DNA of 64,000 nucleotides from Candidatus Latescibacterota bacterium (GTDB taxonomy: Bacteria; Latescibacterota; UBA2968; UBA8231), in contig OZ244561.1 in NCBI GenBank assembly GCA_965217585.1, positions 7,072,001 through 7,136,000 of the forward strand, given 5' to 3'. Of this stretch, positions 10,556 to 20,637 are shown piece after piece; within the stretch, counting starts at the first letter, position 1; each line of letters starts with the position of its first letter. A program made the translations under genes and the position numbers. The notes below the pieces were generated by a model. That model was not told where the DNA came from, did not search any database, and saw only the letters and a program-made list of their open reading frames with translations.

Positions 10556-11448
10556 CGCAACCGCAACCGTTCCCGCAAGAGACCTGCGAGGACCTCATCC
10601 CAGGCGACTGAGACCGGGATGCTGTGAAATTCAGTGCCGAAGCGGCTGGTTCCCTCTTTGATGCGCAGGGTGTGTTCGGCAAAGACATCCCGGTAGGCCC
10701 GACGAATCTCCAGTGGATCAACCGCGTCCAGGCCCTCGCCTTCGAGGTCGCGAAAGAGAGTAAATCCGGCGAAGGGCAACTCCGCTTCAGCCGGATCGTA
10801 CACTTGGTAGAGCACCACATCATGACCGCGGACCGCCAGCATCCCCAGCGCCTTGGTAAGCAGGTCCGGATCCTGATAGCAGTCGGAGAAGAAGACAAAG
10901 ACGGACCGGCGTCGAACCTGGTTCAATAGCTGCTCCACCCCGCCGGCAAAGTCGGTAAGGCCGGTGGGTTGGGCCTCCACGAGTTGGCGCAGCACTTCGA
11001 CCAGATGCTTCCGACTGCTTTGGGGGCGCAAGTACTGCGCAACGCGATCCCGCAGGATGGTGAGGCCGAAAGCGTCGCCCTGTCCCAGCAGAAGATAACA
11101 GAGCATGGCGGCGCAACGCCGGCAGAATTCGATTTTGTTCAGTTCCAGAGTGCCATATCCCATCGAACCGGAGGCATCCAGACCAATCACCACATCGAGG
11201 TTGGTGTATTCCTCGTACTCCCGCGTCACCAAGCGGTCACTGCGAGCGAAGACGCGCCAATCCAGACGGCGCAAATCGTCGCCCGGCAGGTACTGGCGAT
11301 GCTGCATGAATTCGGTCGACTGTCCCTTGCGCTTTGAATGGTTGTTGCTCTTGAGGAATCCTTCGACCCGCGTGCGCGCGAAGAACTCGAGCTCTTTCAC
11401 CAGCGCCGCAGCATGAGGGGTGAGCAGATCGGTTGCAGACATGGGCAA
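10552..11448 (-). CDS. DUF58 family protein
   Basis: Motifs 'GQSTEFMQHRQYLPGDDLRRLDWRVFARS' and 'LDASGSM'. Adjacent to MoxR. Confidence 0.92.
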   Translation of the reverse strand: MPMSATDLLTPHAAALVKELEFFARTRVEGFLKSNNHSKRKGQSTEFMQHRQYLPGDDLRRLDWRVFARSDRLVTREYEEYTNLDVVIGLDASGSMGYGTLELNKIEFCRRCAAMLCYLLLGQGDAFGLTILRDRVAQYLRPQSSRKHLVEVLRQLVEAQPTGLTDFAGGVEQLLNQVRRRSVFVFFSDCYQDPDLLTKALGMLAVRGHDVVLYQVYDPAEAELPFAGFTLFRDLEGEGLDAVDPLEIRRAYRDVFAEHTLRIKEGTSRFGTEFHSIPVSVAWDEVLAGLLRERLRLR

Positions 11449-11490
11449 GGTCTCATTTACTGCCGAGAACGCAGAGCGGAGAGAAAAGAA

Positions 11491-12483
11491 CTATTCTTCC
11501 GGCACTGCGATCGCTGCGAGGATCCTATCAATGATGTCGGTCGAGGTAATTCCGTCGGCTTCGGCGGCAAAGTTGACGAGGACGCGATGCGTCAGGACCG
11601 GGTAAGCGACTTTGCGCAGGTCTGCGGCAGTCACGTGGGTGCGCCCCTCCATCAGCACACGCGCCTTGCCGCCGAGTACCATGTACTGAGCAGCGCGGGG
11701 TCCTGCCCCCCACTGAACATACTGCTTGACCACCTCCGGAATCGCGCCCGCGCCTTCCTCACCGCGCTCGAGGCGCGTAGCCCGGACAATGTCCAGGGCA
11801 TAGGCCACCAGATGGGCCGCTACCGGTACTTCCCGCACCATGCCTTGGGCTGCAATGAGTTCCGCCGCGGTCAGCACTACTTTGGGTTCCGCCCTGGCGG
11901 TGCCGGTGGTGCGGTTGATCACCTCAATCTCTTCCCGCCGCTCTGGGTAACGGACGTGGACAAAGTACATAAATCGATCCTGCTGGGCCTCGGGCAGGTT
12001 GTAGGTACCCTCCTGCTCGATGGGATTCTGCGTCGCCAAGACGAAGAAGGGTTCCTCCAGTTTAAAGGTGTGGTTGCCCACCGTGACAGAATGTTCCTGC
12101 ATCGCCTCCAAGAGGGCCGCCTGGGTCTTGGGAGGAGTGCGGTTGATCTCGTCGGCCAGGAGCATATTGGTGAAGAGCGGGCCTTGAACAAAGGTGAACT
12201 TCCGCCTGCCATCCTCCTGCTCCTGAATGATCTCGCTGCCGGTGATGTCGGCTGGCATGAGATCCGGGGTGAACTGAACGCGCTTGCAGGAGAGGTCCAT
12301 CACCTGACTGAGGGTCTGCACGAGGAGAGTCTTGGCCAACCCCGGCACCCCCATCATGAGGCAGTGGCCGCCAGCGAGGATAGCCTGAACCACGTCCTCA
12401 ATCACCGCCTGCTGCCCCACAATGACCTTGGCTATCTCCTCCTTGAGGTGGGTGATCTTCTGCGCAAGGTCCTCGTGTTGCAT
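11491..12483 (-). CDS. moxR: MoxR family AAA+ ATPase
   Basis: Walker A 'GVPGLAKT', 'RVQFTPDLMPADITG', Walker B 'LLADEINRTPPKTQAALLEAM', 'ATQNPIEQEGTY.LPEAQ.DRF'. Confidence 0.95.
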   Translation of the reverse strand: MQHEDLAQKITHLKEEIAKVIVGQQAVIEDVVQAILAGGHCLMMGVPGLAKTLLVQTLSQVMDLSCKRVQFTPDLMPADITGSEIIQEQEDGRRKFTFVQGPLFTNMLLADEINRTPPKTQAALLEAMQEHSVTVGNHTFKLEEPFFVLATQNPIEQEGTYNLPEAQQDRFMYFVHVRYPERREEIEVINRTTGTARAEPKVVLTAAELIAAQGMVREVPVAAHLVAYALDIVRATRLERGEEGAGAIPEVVKQYVQWGAGPRAAQYMVLGGKARVLMEGRTHVTAADLRKVAYPVLTHRVLVNFAAEADGITSTDIIDRILAAIAVPEE

Positions 12484-12523
12484 GATTGATTCAGAATACA
12501 GGAGTCAAATGGGCGATTCGCAA

Positions 12524-14530
12524 TTACAGGTCGTATCCTGCATACCGCACCACATTGGCATATAGCTTCTGCCACTCCTTCCAGGCGTAGACCGGAGTCT
12601 TGCCCGGATATTCAGCGGCAACACCATAGGGCTGGGCCAGAACGATCATGGTGCGTTGGCCTTTCTGCGGACTGTATTCAACAATGAAGGGCTGGTCTCC
12701 GACCTTGAGCAGCACCTTGGGCTCGGCCTTGAGCTCCTCTGCCGGTTTCTCCTGAACCTCTTGGACGTAGAACTGCCAGGGCAATTCCGTCAGATCGATT
12801 CCCTCGAAGATGGGATGATCCTGCACCGGTGAGTTGAGTTGAGCCGCGCCCTTGCGAATGATACTGCCCTTGGCAAAAGGCAGGTAGTCGTAAATGGGAT
12901 GTTCCTCGTTGAAGGGGGCCAGACCATAGGTATTCTCCCCCCCTCCATAGACCAACCCACCGCCACGCTGCAGATAGTTGTGGAGGATGTGGAGCCCCAC
13001 ATAGCGCGCCGGATCAAAGATCGCATTGTTCAGGACCACAACGCGAAATTCGAAAAGACGATCATAGTCGTAGGGGAAATCGGTCAGCCCCGTCCTGGAG
13101 ACTGTGAAGCCTGGGTGATAGCCCGTCTCCAGCTCGACCTGGTCCGAAATGGAACGCATTGCTTCTTCGAGGTGCAGAACGCGACTGTGATTGCCCAAAA
13201 GAGCAAAGATATTGAAATCCTTCCGGTTCACGGCAAGGGTGTCGTCTGGCACCGGTAGATTCGGGTTCTGCGCCGGCCGCTCCAGCTTGCGCACGGGGGT
13301 CTTGAAGTCCTTGCGAATATTGCGGCCGAACTCGTACTTGCCCACGTGGAAGTGCTCAAAGTCGCGGCGCAGCTGCTGGCCATCCGCCAGTTCGACAAAG
13401 ACCGCGGTGCGAACGACTATGGGATCAACCGAAGGTATCTTGAGCACCGCCTCGCCCACCGTCGGTTCGAGCCCCAATTCCCTAAATTCCACTGCAGTAA
13501 GGGTGGTCTCTTCGACTGCTGGTGCCAAAAGATCGTACTCCACCGTGGGCACAAAAGTGATCTTGCGTGCCTTCTCATAGGAGGAGACGACCTTGTACTG
13601 CAGGCGCAGCTCGCCGGCGTCGCGCACCGGTTTGAGCTGAGTAATGAAGTATTCCGTAGCGTGATCTACCTTCTCGAGTCCCATGGTCGGCAGGACATAG
13701 ACCCGACTCTTTATCGGGGACTGATTAAAAACGAGACAGTTGTCATAGACCCATTCGGTGGTGCCAATGCTGCAGTTGTAGAGGAAGGAGAGGTAGTCGT
13801 AATCCATCAGGTAGGTCACCCCTTCTTTGCGCTCGGGAGAGACGCGGGCCGACCAGCCGTGGTTGAAGTTGTGGACGTAGTCGTGGCCAAAGCGCGTTGG
13901 CATCTCGTTGATCCCCAGATCGCTTGGTCTGTAGACATGATCCAGGGCCGTCAGGTTGATGCGCGAGGCATTGTGCGCCCAGTAGAGGGGCAGCTTGGCC
14001 CTGATGTCTGGGTTGATAAACTCCACATCAAAAAGGAAATAAGGGGTTCCCTGTCGCAGCGTCACGGTGCGCCGAATGATCAGGTTCTCCAACAGTTTTG
14101 ACTTGAGGCCGCTTTCGTCCGACTCGAGCCAGCCCTCCAGCTGCGTTTCGAAAACCACCTGCACCTCGTCGGGACCGCGCTTGGTGATCTGATAGTCGTA
14201 CCACTTGCCGCGCAGTTCCTGGAAGCGCCAGTCCTGCTCCCACACATTGTCCTGCAGCAGCCCTCCACCCGAATTCAGGGTCTTGGGTTGGGTCACATCG
14301 ATGATCTCGTTCTGGGTTGGCCGAAAGACAAAGCGCACCACGGTCGAGCCGATGGCCGGCATCAGGTGCATGCTAATCCAGTCGGTTTCCATGGCGAGGA
14401 CGAGATCGGCGTCCTCGTCCTCTATCTCGGCAATATAAGCCCCCTGGGGCTCGACGGCGCAAAGTCGTCCACTGCTGGCGCACAACACGGCAAAAGCGGC
14501 GACCAATAGGAAGTGCGCATTCCTCACCAT
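12524..14530 (-). CDS. Secreted protein with C-terminal GATase1-like (class I glutamine amidotransferase-like) domain
   Basis: 668 aa with signal peptide. C-terminal 'YLQRGGGLVYGGGENTYG', 'HPIFEGID'. N-terminal beta-rich region, possibly mutarotase-like (inference). Confidence 0.55.
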   Translation of the reverse strand: MVRNAHFLLVAAFAVLCASSGRLCAVEPQGAYIAEIEDEDADLVLAMETDWISMHLMPAIGSTVVRFVFRPTQNEIIDVTQPKTLNSGGGLLQDNVWEQDWRFQELRGKWYDYQITKRGPDEVQVVFETQLEGWLESDESGLKSKLLENLIIRRTVTLRQGTPYFLFDVEFINPDIRAKLPLYWAHNASRINLTALDHVYRPSDLGINEMPTRFGHDYVHNFNHGWSARVSPERKEGVTYLMDYDYLSFLYNCSIGTTEWVYDNCLVFNQSPIKSRVYVLPTMGLEKVDHATEYFITQLKPVRDAGELRLQYKVVSSYEKARKITFVPTVEYDLLAPAVEETTLTAVEFRELGLEPTVGEAVLKIPSVDPIVVRTAVFVELADGQQLRRDFEHFHVGKYEFGRNIRKDFKTPVRKLERPAQNPNLPVPDDTLAVNRKDFNIFALLGNHSRVLHLEEAMRSISDQVELETGYHPGFTVSRTGLTDFPYDYDRLFEFRVVVLNNAIFDPARYVGLHILHNYLQRGGGLVYGGGENTYGLAPFNEEHPIYDYLPFAKGSIIRKGAAQLNSPVQDHPIFEGIDLTELPWQFYVQEVQEKPAEELKAEPKVLLKVGDQPFIVEYSPQKGQRTMIVLAQPYGVAAEYPGKTPVYAWKEWQKLYANVVRYAGYDL

Positions 14531-14558
14531 TCTGTATTCTGCCTTCTGCTATCTTTTA

Positions 14559-17144
14559 TCACGGCATAAACTCCACTACTAGGGTCCGAAAAAATTTGAG
14601 CCCGGGAAAGGTCACGGTGCAAATAGCGCCAGCGACATCTGCCCTGAGTGGCACCGCTTCAACTCGGGGCTCCCAGGTCAGCATCCACGCTGCCGCCCGG
14701 GTGCTTCCCTCGGGGATGGCAATTTCAACCGGGAACGCCTCATCAATCGGCGGCGGCAATTCATTCACCTTGTTGCGGCGCAGGCGCTCCACCACGGGCG
14801 GGTTAAGCAGTGGAATGACGTAGCGCCGGCGATCCTTTAGCTGCTGCTGCACGACGCCTTCGGCAAACCAGATATCAGCCGGCGCATCTACCAAAATGAG
14901 GTCCGCCGCCTCTTCAAGCGGTTGCAGTTCTGGGTGCCAGATGAACTCGCTGAAGCGCGTCGCAAAGGCACCCATGCCTTCTTCGCTGTAGGCCGGTGCC
15001 GCGAAGCTACCATAGTAGTGGGAACCGGAGGCGATTATCATGGCGGCGAAATATATATCGTCGTGACAGAAATGGCCGCCGCCATCGCGGTGGGGGGAGA
15101 ATAGCTGGTATACCGCGCCGAAGCGCCGCGTAATCTTGCGCTTCAGATTCATGAAATACCAGGAGTCCTCCCACTTGTTCATATAATGATCCCAGAACGG
15201 GGCATCCATGGAGCCTTCATCCATAAACATCCCATGGGCCTGCGCAAAGGCGACAAACTCCTTGTATTTTTCTGGCGGCTCCGGTGCCATGTCGCGGTCC
15301 TTGATGGTGTCGAGATACCCCCAAGAGTCCATGTTGGCGCCCCACTCGAAGTCGGGGTATTCTGCCTCGACCAGGGCGCGCAGATCATTGAAGTTCTTGG
15401 CGGCGTGGGCCATGGGGTCATCCACCTTGATCGAATGCTCAAGGCCCAGGACGTTAAGGGAGTCACCCACCGGCGCCATGATACCCACATCAAAGCGCAC
15501 GCCGCCGTAGCCGGTCTGGCGCACAAACTCCAGGAATTCACGTTCAATCCGCGCCTTTAACTCGGGGAAGCGGTGGTTCAGGTGCATTTCAACCGCGGGG
15601 ACCATGACACCGACCGTTTCGATTGGCCCCTTTTTCTCCCAATCCCAACCACGCACCTTCTCACCCCATTGGTGATTGATGCGGTAGATCGGATCCGTTG
15701 CTGTCACTTTGTGGGATATCCACTCGGGATGGGCCACATAATCATCTAGGAGGGGCGCACCAGTCCCACCGGCAAAAAGGTAGGTAACGGTCAGGATTCC
15801 CTCCTTGCGATTGTGGTCCGTGGCAGCGCGCACCAGCTTGAAGGTATAGGGCTCAGGGCCGCTCCCCATGCCGGCGAACCAGGACTCGGCCTTGGGCATA
15901 ATGCGCGACATGTCTCCCGGCGTGGACGCAAAGATCTCCATGTGATTCTTGTACGACTCGGGGAAGCGGAAGGGATCGACCGAGCGCGTGTTGCTGCCCA
16001 TGATGTGGACGGTGTAGTTGTCTGGATGGACCTGAAAATAATCGTGGGCTTTGGATTCCACGGTGTTGTCGTGGCGAATCTCCGCCACCACCTTGTAGCC
16101 GTACAGGGGCGTGCCCTGGTCCGTCTGCCAGGGAACGTGCAGGTGCCTATCTGCCCCAGGTGGGAGTTCCACGGTCTCACTGTGGATAACCTGGCGTTCC
16201 GCCAAGCCGCGCTCGAGCACAATGCTGAGCGTGCGCACCTGTTCACGCGGCGTGAAGTTCTCCAAGCCCACCGCAAAGCCGGTCTCCATGCCGGGTCGCA
16301 ACCACAGCTTATCGGGGCGCACGTACCTGACCGTGATGGATGGACTGAGATCAATTTTCTCCAACTTGATCCAGTCGAGCCGCACCCAGCGCAGGCTGTT
16401 GGGCGGCATACCGGAGCTGGACATATACTTGGTCTGCGGCAGCGTCAGGCCAATGGTGAAACCCGCTAGCGGCCCGGGCGGGGCAGTTTCCCGCTCATTC
16501 TCTTCGCTCTCTGGCCGGGCATCGGGATAGATATCGGGGCCGAATTTAGCGTAGTCCGAGGTGGCAACCGCTGCACGGGCGGGCAGGCGTTTTTCGCCCT
16601 TGGGCGAAACTTCGTAAACAAAAGAGATCTCCTGATAGGTATCTACTTCCCCCAGGTCCGTGGCGGAGAATTCCCGACTCACATCCCGCGCCTTGTGTTG
16701 GGGGTGGTGCGGCTGCGCGTTCACCTGCAGCCGAATGGGCGTACCGATCACCCCGCCGTCGCCGTCGAACTTGATCCGCGCACTTACGCGGTATATGCCC
16801 GACACCACATCAGCCCATTTGATCAAAGGAGTACGCGCCACCTCGATGTGACCTCTAGCGGCTGCCCGACGACTGACGCGTTGGTGCAGGGCGCTGCCGA
16901 CCTGCTCGTCCTTGCCGTCTTCGCCTTTGACCTTGCGCTTTGACTCGGCCGCCTCGTCTTCCACAATGGCGAGGGCACCCCGCTCCTCCAGTTCCTTGGC
17001 CGCTATGCTCCACCCCGGCCAACTCAAATGCTCGGCTGGCTCAAATGCTCGGCCAACTGATGCCGGCAGAAGCGAGCCGGCGACGAGGAGCAACACAGCC
17101 GCCCAACTTCGTTCTATCATGTTCTCCTGCGCGCCTTTTGGCAT
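14559..17144 (-). CDS. Secreted hypothetical protein, possible glycoside hydrolase-like barrel
   Basis: 861 aa with signal peptide. Ig-like segment followed by 'YGGVRFD', reminiscent of TIM-barrel glycosidases (inference). Confidence 0.5.
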   Translation of the reverse strand: MPKGAQENMIERSWAAVLLLVAGSLLPASVGRAFEPAEHLSWPGWSIAAKELEERGALAIVEDEAAESKRKVKGEDGKDEQVGSALHQRVSRRAAARGHIEVARTPLIKWADVVSGIYRVSARIKFDGDGGVIGTPIRLQVNAQPHHPQHKARDVSREFSATDLGEVDTYQEISFVYEVSPKGEKRLPARAAVATSDYAKFGPDIYPDARPESEENERETAPPGPLAGFTIGLTLPQTKYMSSSGMPPNSLRWVRLDWIKLEKIDLSPSITVRYVRPDKLWLRPGMETGFAVGLENFTPREQVRTLSIVLERGLAERQVIHSETVELPPGADRHLHVPWQTDQGTPLYGYKVVAEIRHDNTVESKAHDYFQVHPDNYTVHIMGSNTRSVDPFRFPESYKNHMEIFASTPGDMSRIMPKAESWFAGMGSGPEPYTFKLVRAATDHNRKEGILTVTYLFAGGTGAPLLDDYVAHPEWISHKVTATDPIYRINHQWGEKVRGWDWEKKGPIETVGVMVPAVEMHLNHRFPELKARIEREFLEFVRQTGYGGVRFDVGIMAPVGDSLNVLGLEHSIKVDDPMAHAAKNFNDLRALVEAEYPDFEWGANMDSWGYLDTIKDRDMAPEPPEKYKEFVAFAQAHGMFMDEGSMDAPFWDHYMNKWEDSWYFMNLKRKITRRFGAVYQLFSPHRDGGGHFCHDDIYFAAMIIASGSHYYGSFAAPAYSEEGMGAFATRFSEFIWHPELQPLEEAADLILVDAPADIWFAEGVVQQQLKDRRRYVIPLLNPPVVERLRRNKVNELPPPIDEAFPVEIAIPEGSTRAAAWMLTWEPRVEAVPLRADVAGAICTVTFPGLKFFRTLVVEFMP

Positions 17145-17161
17145 AGGTGTGGGTGTCCATC

Positions 17162-18835
17162 CTAGAGTTGATCGAGGGTCATAGCCCGAAGGTTTTTTTC
17201 GAATATTTCTACCTGATACTTCTGCCGCATTTCGTTCAGAAAGTCTTCAAAGCGCCGCCGCGTTTTCTCAAAGCGGACATGCACTTTCACTTTCGGCTGG
17301 ACCTCCTCAAAGGGAGGGATTTGAGCGGTCGATTTTTTCATCGCTTTGAATATGGAATAGCCGCCTGGGAAGTAGCCTTCTGCGACCTTGAGCGGCCCCA
17401 TCACCTGTCCCAAGGGCGCTTCTATGGCCGCCTGGTATAGCTGCTGGTAAACCGACTCTTCGTACTGGTGGATGTGCAGGTGGCCATTCGTCTGCTCGGC
17501 TTTGGGCCGAATCGAGTGGGTCGCAGCCAGTTCCTCCAGAGTGGTTCCCGCTTTTATTTTGGCCAGCAGGGAATCAGCCTGTTCCTCGGTCGGCAACAGG
17601 ATCTCCACTAGTTGGACAGCATCTGGCAGGGCATACCAGTCCCGGTGGTCAATGTAGAACTGTTCCATCTCTTCCCGCGTCACCGCGGTCTCCGCCGCGG
17701 TTTCCAGGTCCCGCAGCCGTTCCATCATCAGTTCCTCTTCCCGGTCCTGCAGCCACTTTGTGAACTCGGGTTGCCGATCCATTTTGCGCCGTCTGGCTTC
17801 GGGCAGCAGCAGCGCGTAGAACAGGACGCGCCTTTCCACTGTGGCCTCAATGTGCCCGTCGTCTATGGGCTCGTCCCCGGTTTGCAGGTCGGACGCGCCT
17901 TTAAGACACTGGCCCACCGATACACTCCCGCCATCGTACTGATAAACCGGCACGGCGAGGTTCTCGGGAGACGGCGTTGGCTGGTCCTCTGCCACTTGCG
18001 CCACCAGCAGGGCCAGGCCTTCCGGCAGGAGCTGGACGTGCAGAGAATCTCTGATTCTGGCCAGAAATTTTTCTTGCTCCTGAAGGATTTTCTCTCCTCT
18101 CAGATCGCGGTAAATCGCCTCGGCGACCTCTTCAAAGGGGACGGAACCTTCCTCGACGAACTTTACGATGTCGTAGCCGTTGGGCCGCTCGATAGGGCCG
18201 GCCACTGCGCCGATTGGCAGGGATACCAATTCTTCGCCCAGTACCCTGGCGACTGCCTCCCGACGATAAAATCCTTTGATCAGCCCGCCGTGCTCGCCCG
18301 TCTCTCGGTCTAGGGACCGCGCCTTGGCAATTTCGGCGAAATCTCTTCCACCCTTCAATTCCTGCAAAATGGTCCGGGCTTCTTCTTCGGTCTCTACCAG
18401 GATATGAGCTCCTTGCACCGTTCTCCCCAGCTTTTTGGTGTGGTATGCGTGGTGCATCTCTTGGTGCCATTCCTCGTGGGTCCGGGGCAGTTTGTCGAGG
18501 ACCTCCATCCGGTAGAGTTTCTCTTGGAGCCGGGCGTCGTGCAGAGCCTCTTTTTTCTGCACCACTGCGGGATCGCTGGCCAGCCCCCTCGCCTCGGCTT
18601 CGCGCACCAGCATACGCCGATTTATGACAATGTCCAGGTAGTGCTTTTTGAGCTCCTGGGCGGACTTTTGCTCCCCGTCCTTCTTGGCCATGAGACGGGC
18701 GATCTTGCCAAGGTCCGATGCGGTAATCTCCTCGTCGCCTACCCGGGCTAGAGTCCCTAATTGCACATCGCTCTGACAGCCCATGAAAAGCCACACGCCG
18801 ACCCATCCTAAGATACTTGTAGCCCCTGCTCGCAT
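17162..18835 (-). CDS. PpiC/parvulin-type peptidyl-prolyl isomerase lipoprotein, two rotamase domains
   Basis: Lipobox 'LFMGC'. Two domains: 'AHILVETEEEA..L..G.DFAEIAKARS.D...GG' and 'EILLPTEEQA...LEELAATHS'. Confidence 0.9.
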   Translation of the reverse strand: MRAGATSILGWVGVWLFMGCQSDVQLGTLARVGDEEITASDLGKIARLMAKKDGEQKSAQELKKHYLDIVINRRMLVREAEARGLASDPAVVQKKEALHDARLQEKLYRMEVLDKLPRTHEEWHQEMHHAYHTKKLGRTVQGAHILVETEEEARTILQELKGGRDFAEIAKARSLDRETGEHGGLIKGFYRREAVARVLGEELVSLPIGAVAGPIERPNGYDIVKFVEEGSVPFEEVAEAIYRDLRGEKILQEQEKFLARIRDSLHVQLLPEGLALLVAQVAEDQPTPSPENLAVPVYQYDGGSVSVGQCLKGASDLQTGDEPIDDGHIEATVERRVLFYALLLPEARRRKMDRQPEFTKWLQDREEELMMERLRDLETAAETAVTREEMEQFYIDHRDWYALPDAVQLVEILLPTEEQADSLLAKIKAGTTLEELAATHSIRPKAEQTNGHLHIHQYEESVYQQLYQAAIEAPLGQVMGPLKVAEGYFPGGYSIFKAMKKSTAQIPPFEEVQPKVKVHVRFEKTRRRFEDFLNEMRQKYQVEIFEKNLRAMTLDQL

Positions 18836-18850
18836 ATCTACTTCCTTCGC

Positions 18851-20608
18851 TTAATCCTGACTTTCTGTCCGCAGAATGCCCTCTTCTTCTGAGACGCTGA
18901 CCCACTGATTCACGCTGAGATCCCTGAATTCCTGCACCACCCCGCTGGGCCAGAGGATCTTCATCCGGTCCACCTTCTCTGCCTCACCGAGACCGAAGTG
19001 AACCCGCAGATCGCTCTGCGACAGGAAGCTGATGCCGCACATCACCTCCCGGATCTGGATGAGCGAGCCAGTGGTCACCTCAATCCGCGCACCAATGCCG
19101 TCCCGGTTGCTCTTGGTCCCGATGGTGGATATTTTCAGCCAGCGCTTCTGGTTGCCGCCGTCGTTGCGCAACAGCGTAGGAGTGTCGTCGACGTTCAGGA
19201 CCAGGATGTCCACGTCCCCATCGTCGTCGTAATCGCCAAGCGCTGCGCCCCGGCTCACCTTCTTCACGGCAAAGCCGCTGCCAGACAAGGCCGAAACTTC
19301 GGCGAACTTGCCGTTCCCCAGATTCTCAAAAAGAAGGTTGTACTGGGCGTAGGAAGTGCCCAGGTCGTAATTGTCAACGACGGGATAGACGTGGCCGTTG
19401 GCGACGAAGAGGTCGAGGTCGCCGTCGTTGTCAAAATCGAAAAAGCCGGTCCCCCACCCCACGAACGGCAGACTTTCCTCGCCCAGATCCGCGGCGTAAC
19501 TGACATCGAGAAAAAAGCGGCCGCCGTCGTTGCGGTAGAGCGTGTTGTAGTCTTCGGAGAAATGGGTCTCAAAGAGGTCGAGGTCGCCGTCGTTGTCAAA
19601 ATCGCCGACCGCCACCCCCATCCCGGCCTGCATCCCCCCGTCCGCACTGTGGCTGACCCCGCTCGACAGCGAAATGTCTTCGAAGGTCCCGTCGCCGCGG
19701 TTGCGGTAGAGCAGGTTCGGAGTGGTATCGTCCGCCACGTAGATGTCGGGGTGGCTGTCGTTGTCAAAATCGGCAAATACACACTGAAAACCGTTGTAAG
19801 CCGCCGCGCCCAAAGGTCCCACTTGTCGGGTGACTTCCCTGAAGCTTCCGTCTCCCTCGTTGTGGTAGAGCACATCCGTTTCTCCGTCAAACGTCTCCGG
19901 ACCGTAGAAGACTTCGACGTTTTTCCATAGGCAGTACTGCATGGAGTTGGGCCGATAGGCTGGATCGAACTGGACGAAATTGGCCACGTAGAGATCGAGG
20001 TGGCCATCCTGATCGTAGTCGCCGAACGCCGCACCCGTGCCCCAGCGCTCATCCCCCACGCCGGCCAGCGCGGTCACGTCCACAAAGGTCCCATCCCCTT
20101 GGTTGCGATACAACCGATTGGGCCCGTAGTTGGTGACATAAAGGTCTAGGTCCCCGTCGTTGTCGTAATCGGCCGCGGCGCAACCCATGCTCCAGGAGGT
20201 GTCCCCCACGCCGGCCAGCGCGGTCACGTCGGCAAAGGTGCCATCCCCTTGGTTGCGATACAACCGGTTCTTGGGAGCTTTCCCCGGGGGAAAGCTTTCG
20301 AAGGAAGAGCCATTTATCACATACGCGTCCAGATCGCCATCGGTGTCAAAGTCCAAAAAGCAGGCACCCCCGCCTTTAGCCTCTATAATGTAGGTTTTGT
20401 TCGGTTTACCAGACATATTGCGCACGGTGATCCCGGCCTGGGCGGCAACATCGGTGAATTCTACCCGCCCGGTGCCCTTCTCAAATGCCGTATCGTCGGA
20501 CACAGACTGCCCCGACCCATTGCAACCGGCTCCCAGCAGCAGCAACACCCCTGCCAAGAGCCATCTTTGCGCTACGGGCCACTGTGGACCGGTGTAGAGT
20601 GTTACCAT
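18851..20608 (-). CDS. CRTAC1-like FG-GAP repeat / ASPIC-UnbV lipoprotein
   Basis: Repeated 'DxDNDGDLDL(Y/F)V', 'NRLYRNQGDGTF.DVT', C-terminal 'SNRDGIGARI...HFGLG...WPSG'. Confidence 0.92.
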   Translation of the reverse strand: MVTLYTGPQWPVAQRWLLAGVLLLLGAGCNGSGQSVSDDTAFEKGTGRVEFTDVAAQAGITVRNMSGKPNKTYIIEAKGGGACFLDFDTDGDLDAYVINGSSFESFPPGKAPKNRLYRNQGDGTFADVTALAGVGDTSWSMGCAAADYDNDGDLDLYVTNYGPNRLYRNQGDGTFVDVTALAGVGDERWGTGAAFGDYDQDGHLDLYVANFVQFDPAYRPNSMQYCLWKNVEVFYGPETFDGETDVLYHNEGDGSFREVTRQVGPLGAAAYNGFQCVFADFDNDSHPDIYVADDTTPNLLYRNRGDGTFEDISLSSGVSHSADGGMQAGMGVAVGDFDNDGDLDLFETHFSEDYNTLYRNDGGRFFLDVSYAADLGEESLPFVGWGTGFFDFDNDGDLDLFVANGHVYPVVDNYDLGTSYAQYNLLFENLGNGKFAEVSALSGSGFAVKKVSRGAALGDYDDDGDVDILVLNVDDTPTLLRNDGGNQKRWLKISTIGTKSNRDGIGARIEVTTGSLIQIREVMCGISFLSQSDLRVHFGLGEAEKVDRMKILWPSGVVQEFRDLSVNQWVSVSEEEGILRTESQD

Positions 20609-20637
20609 CTAGCGATTCCCAAACTGGATCACGGAGC

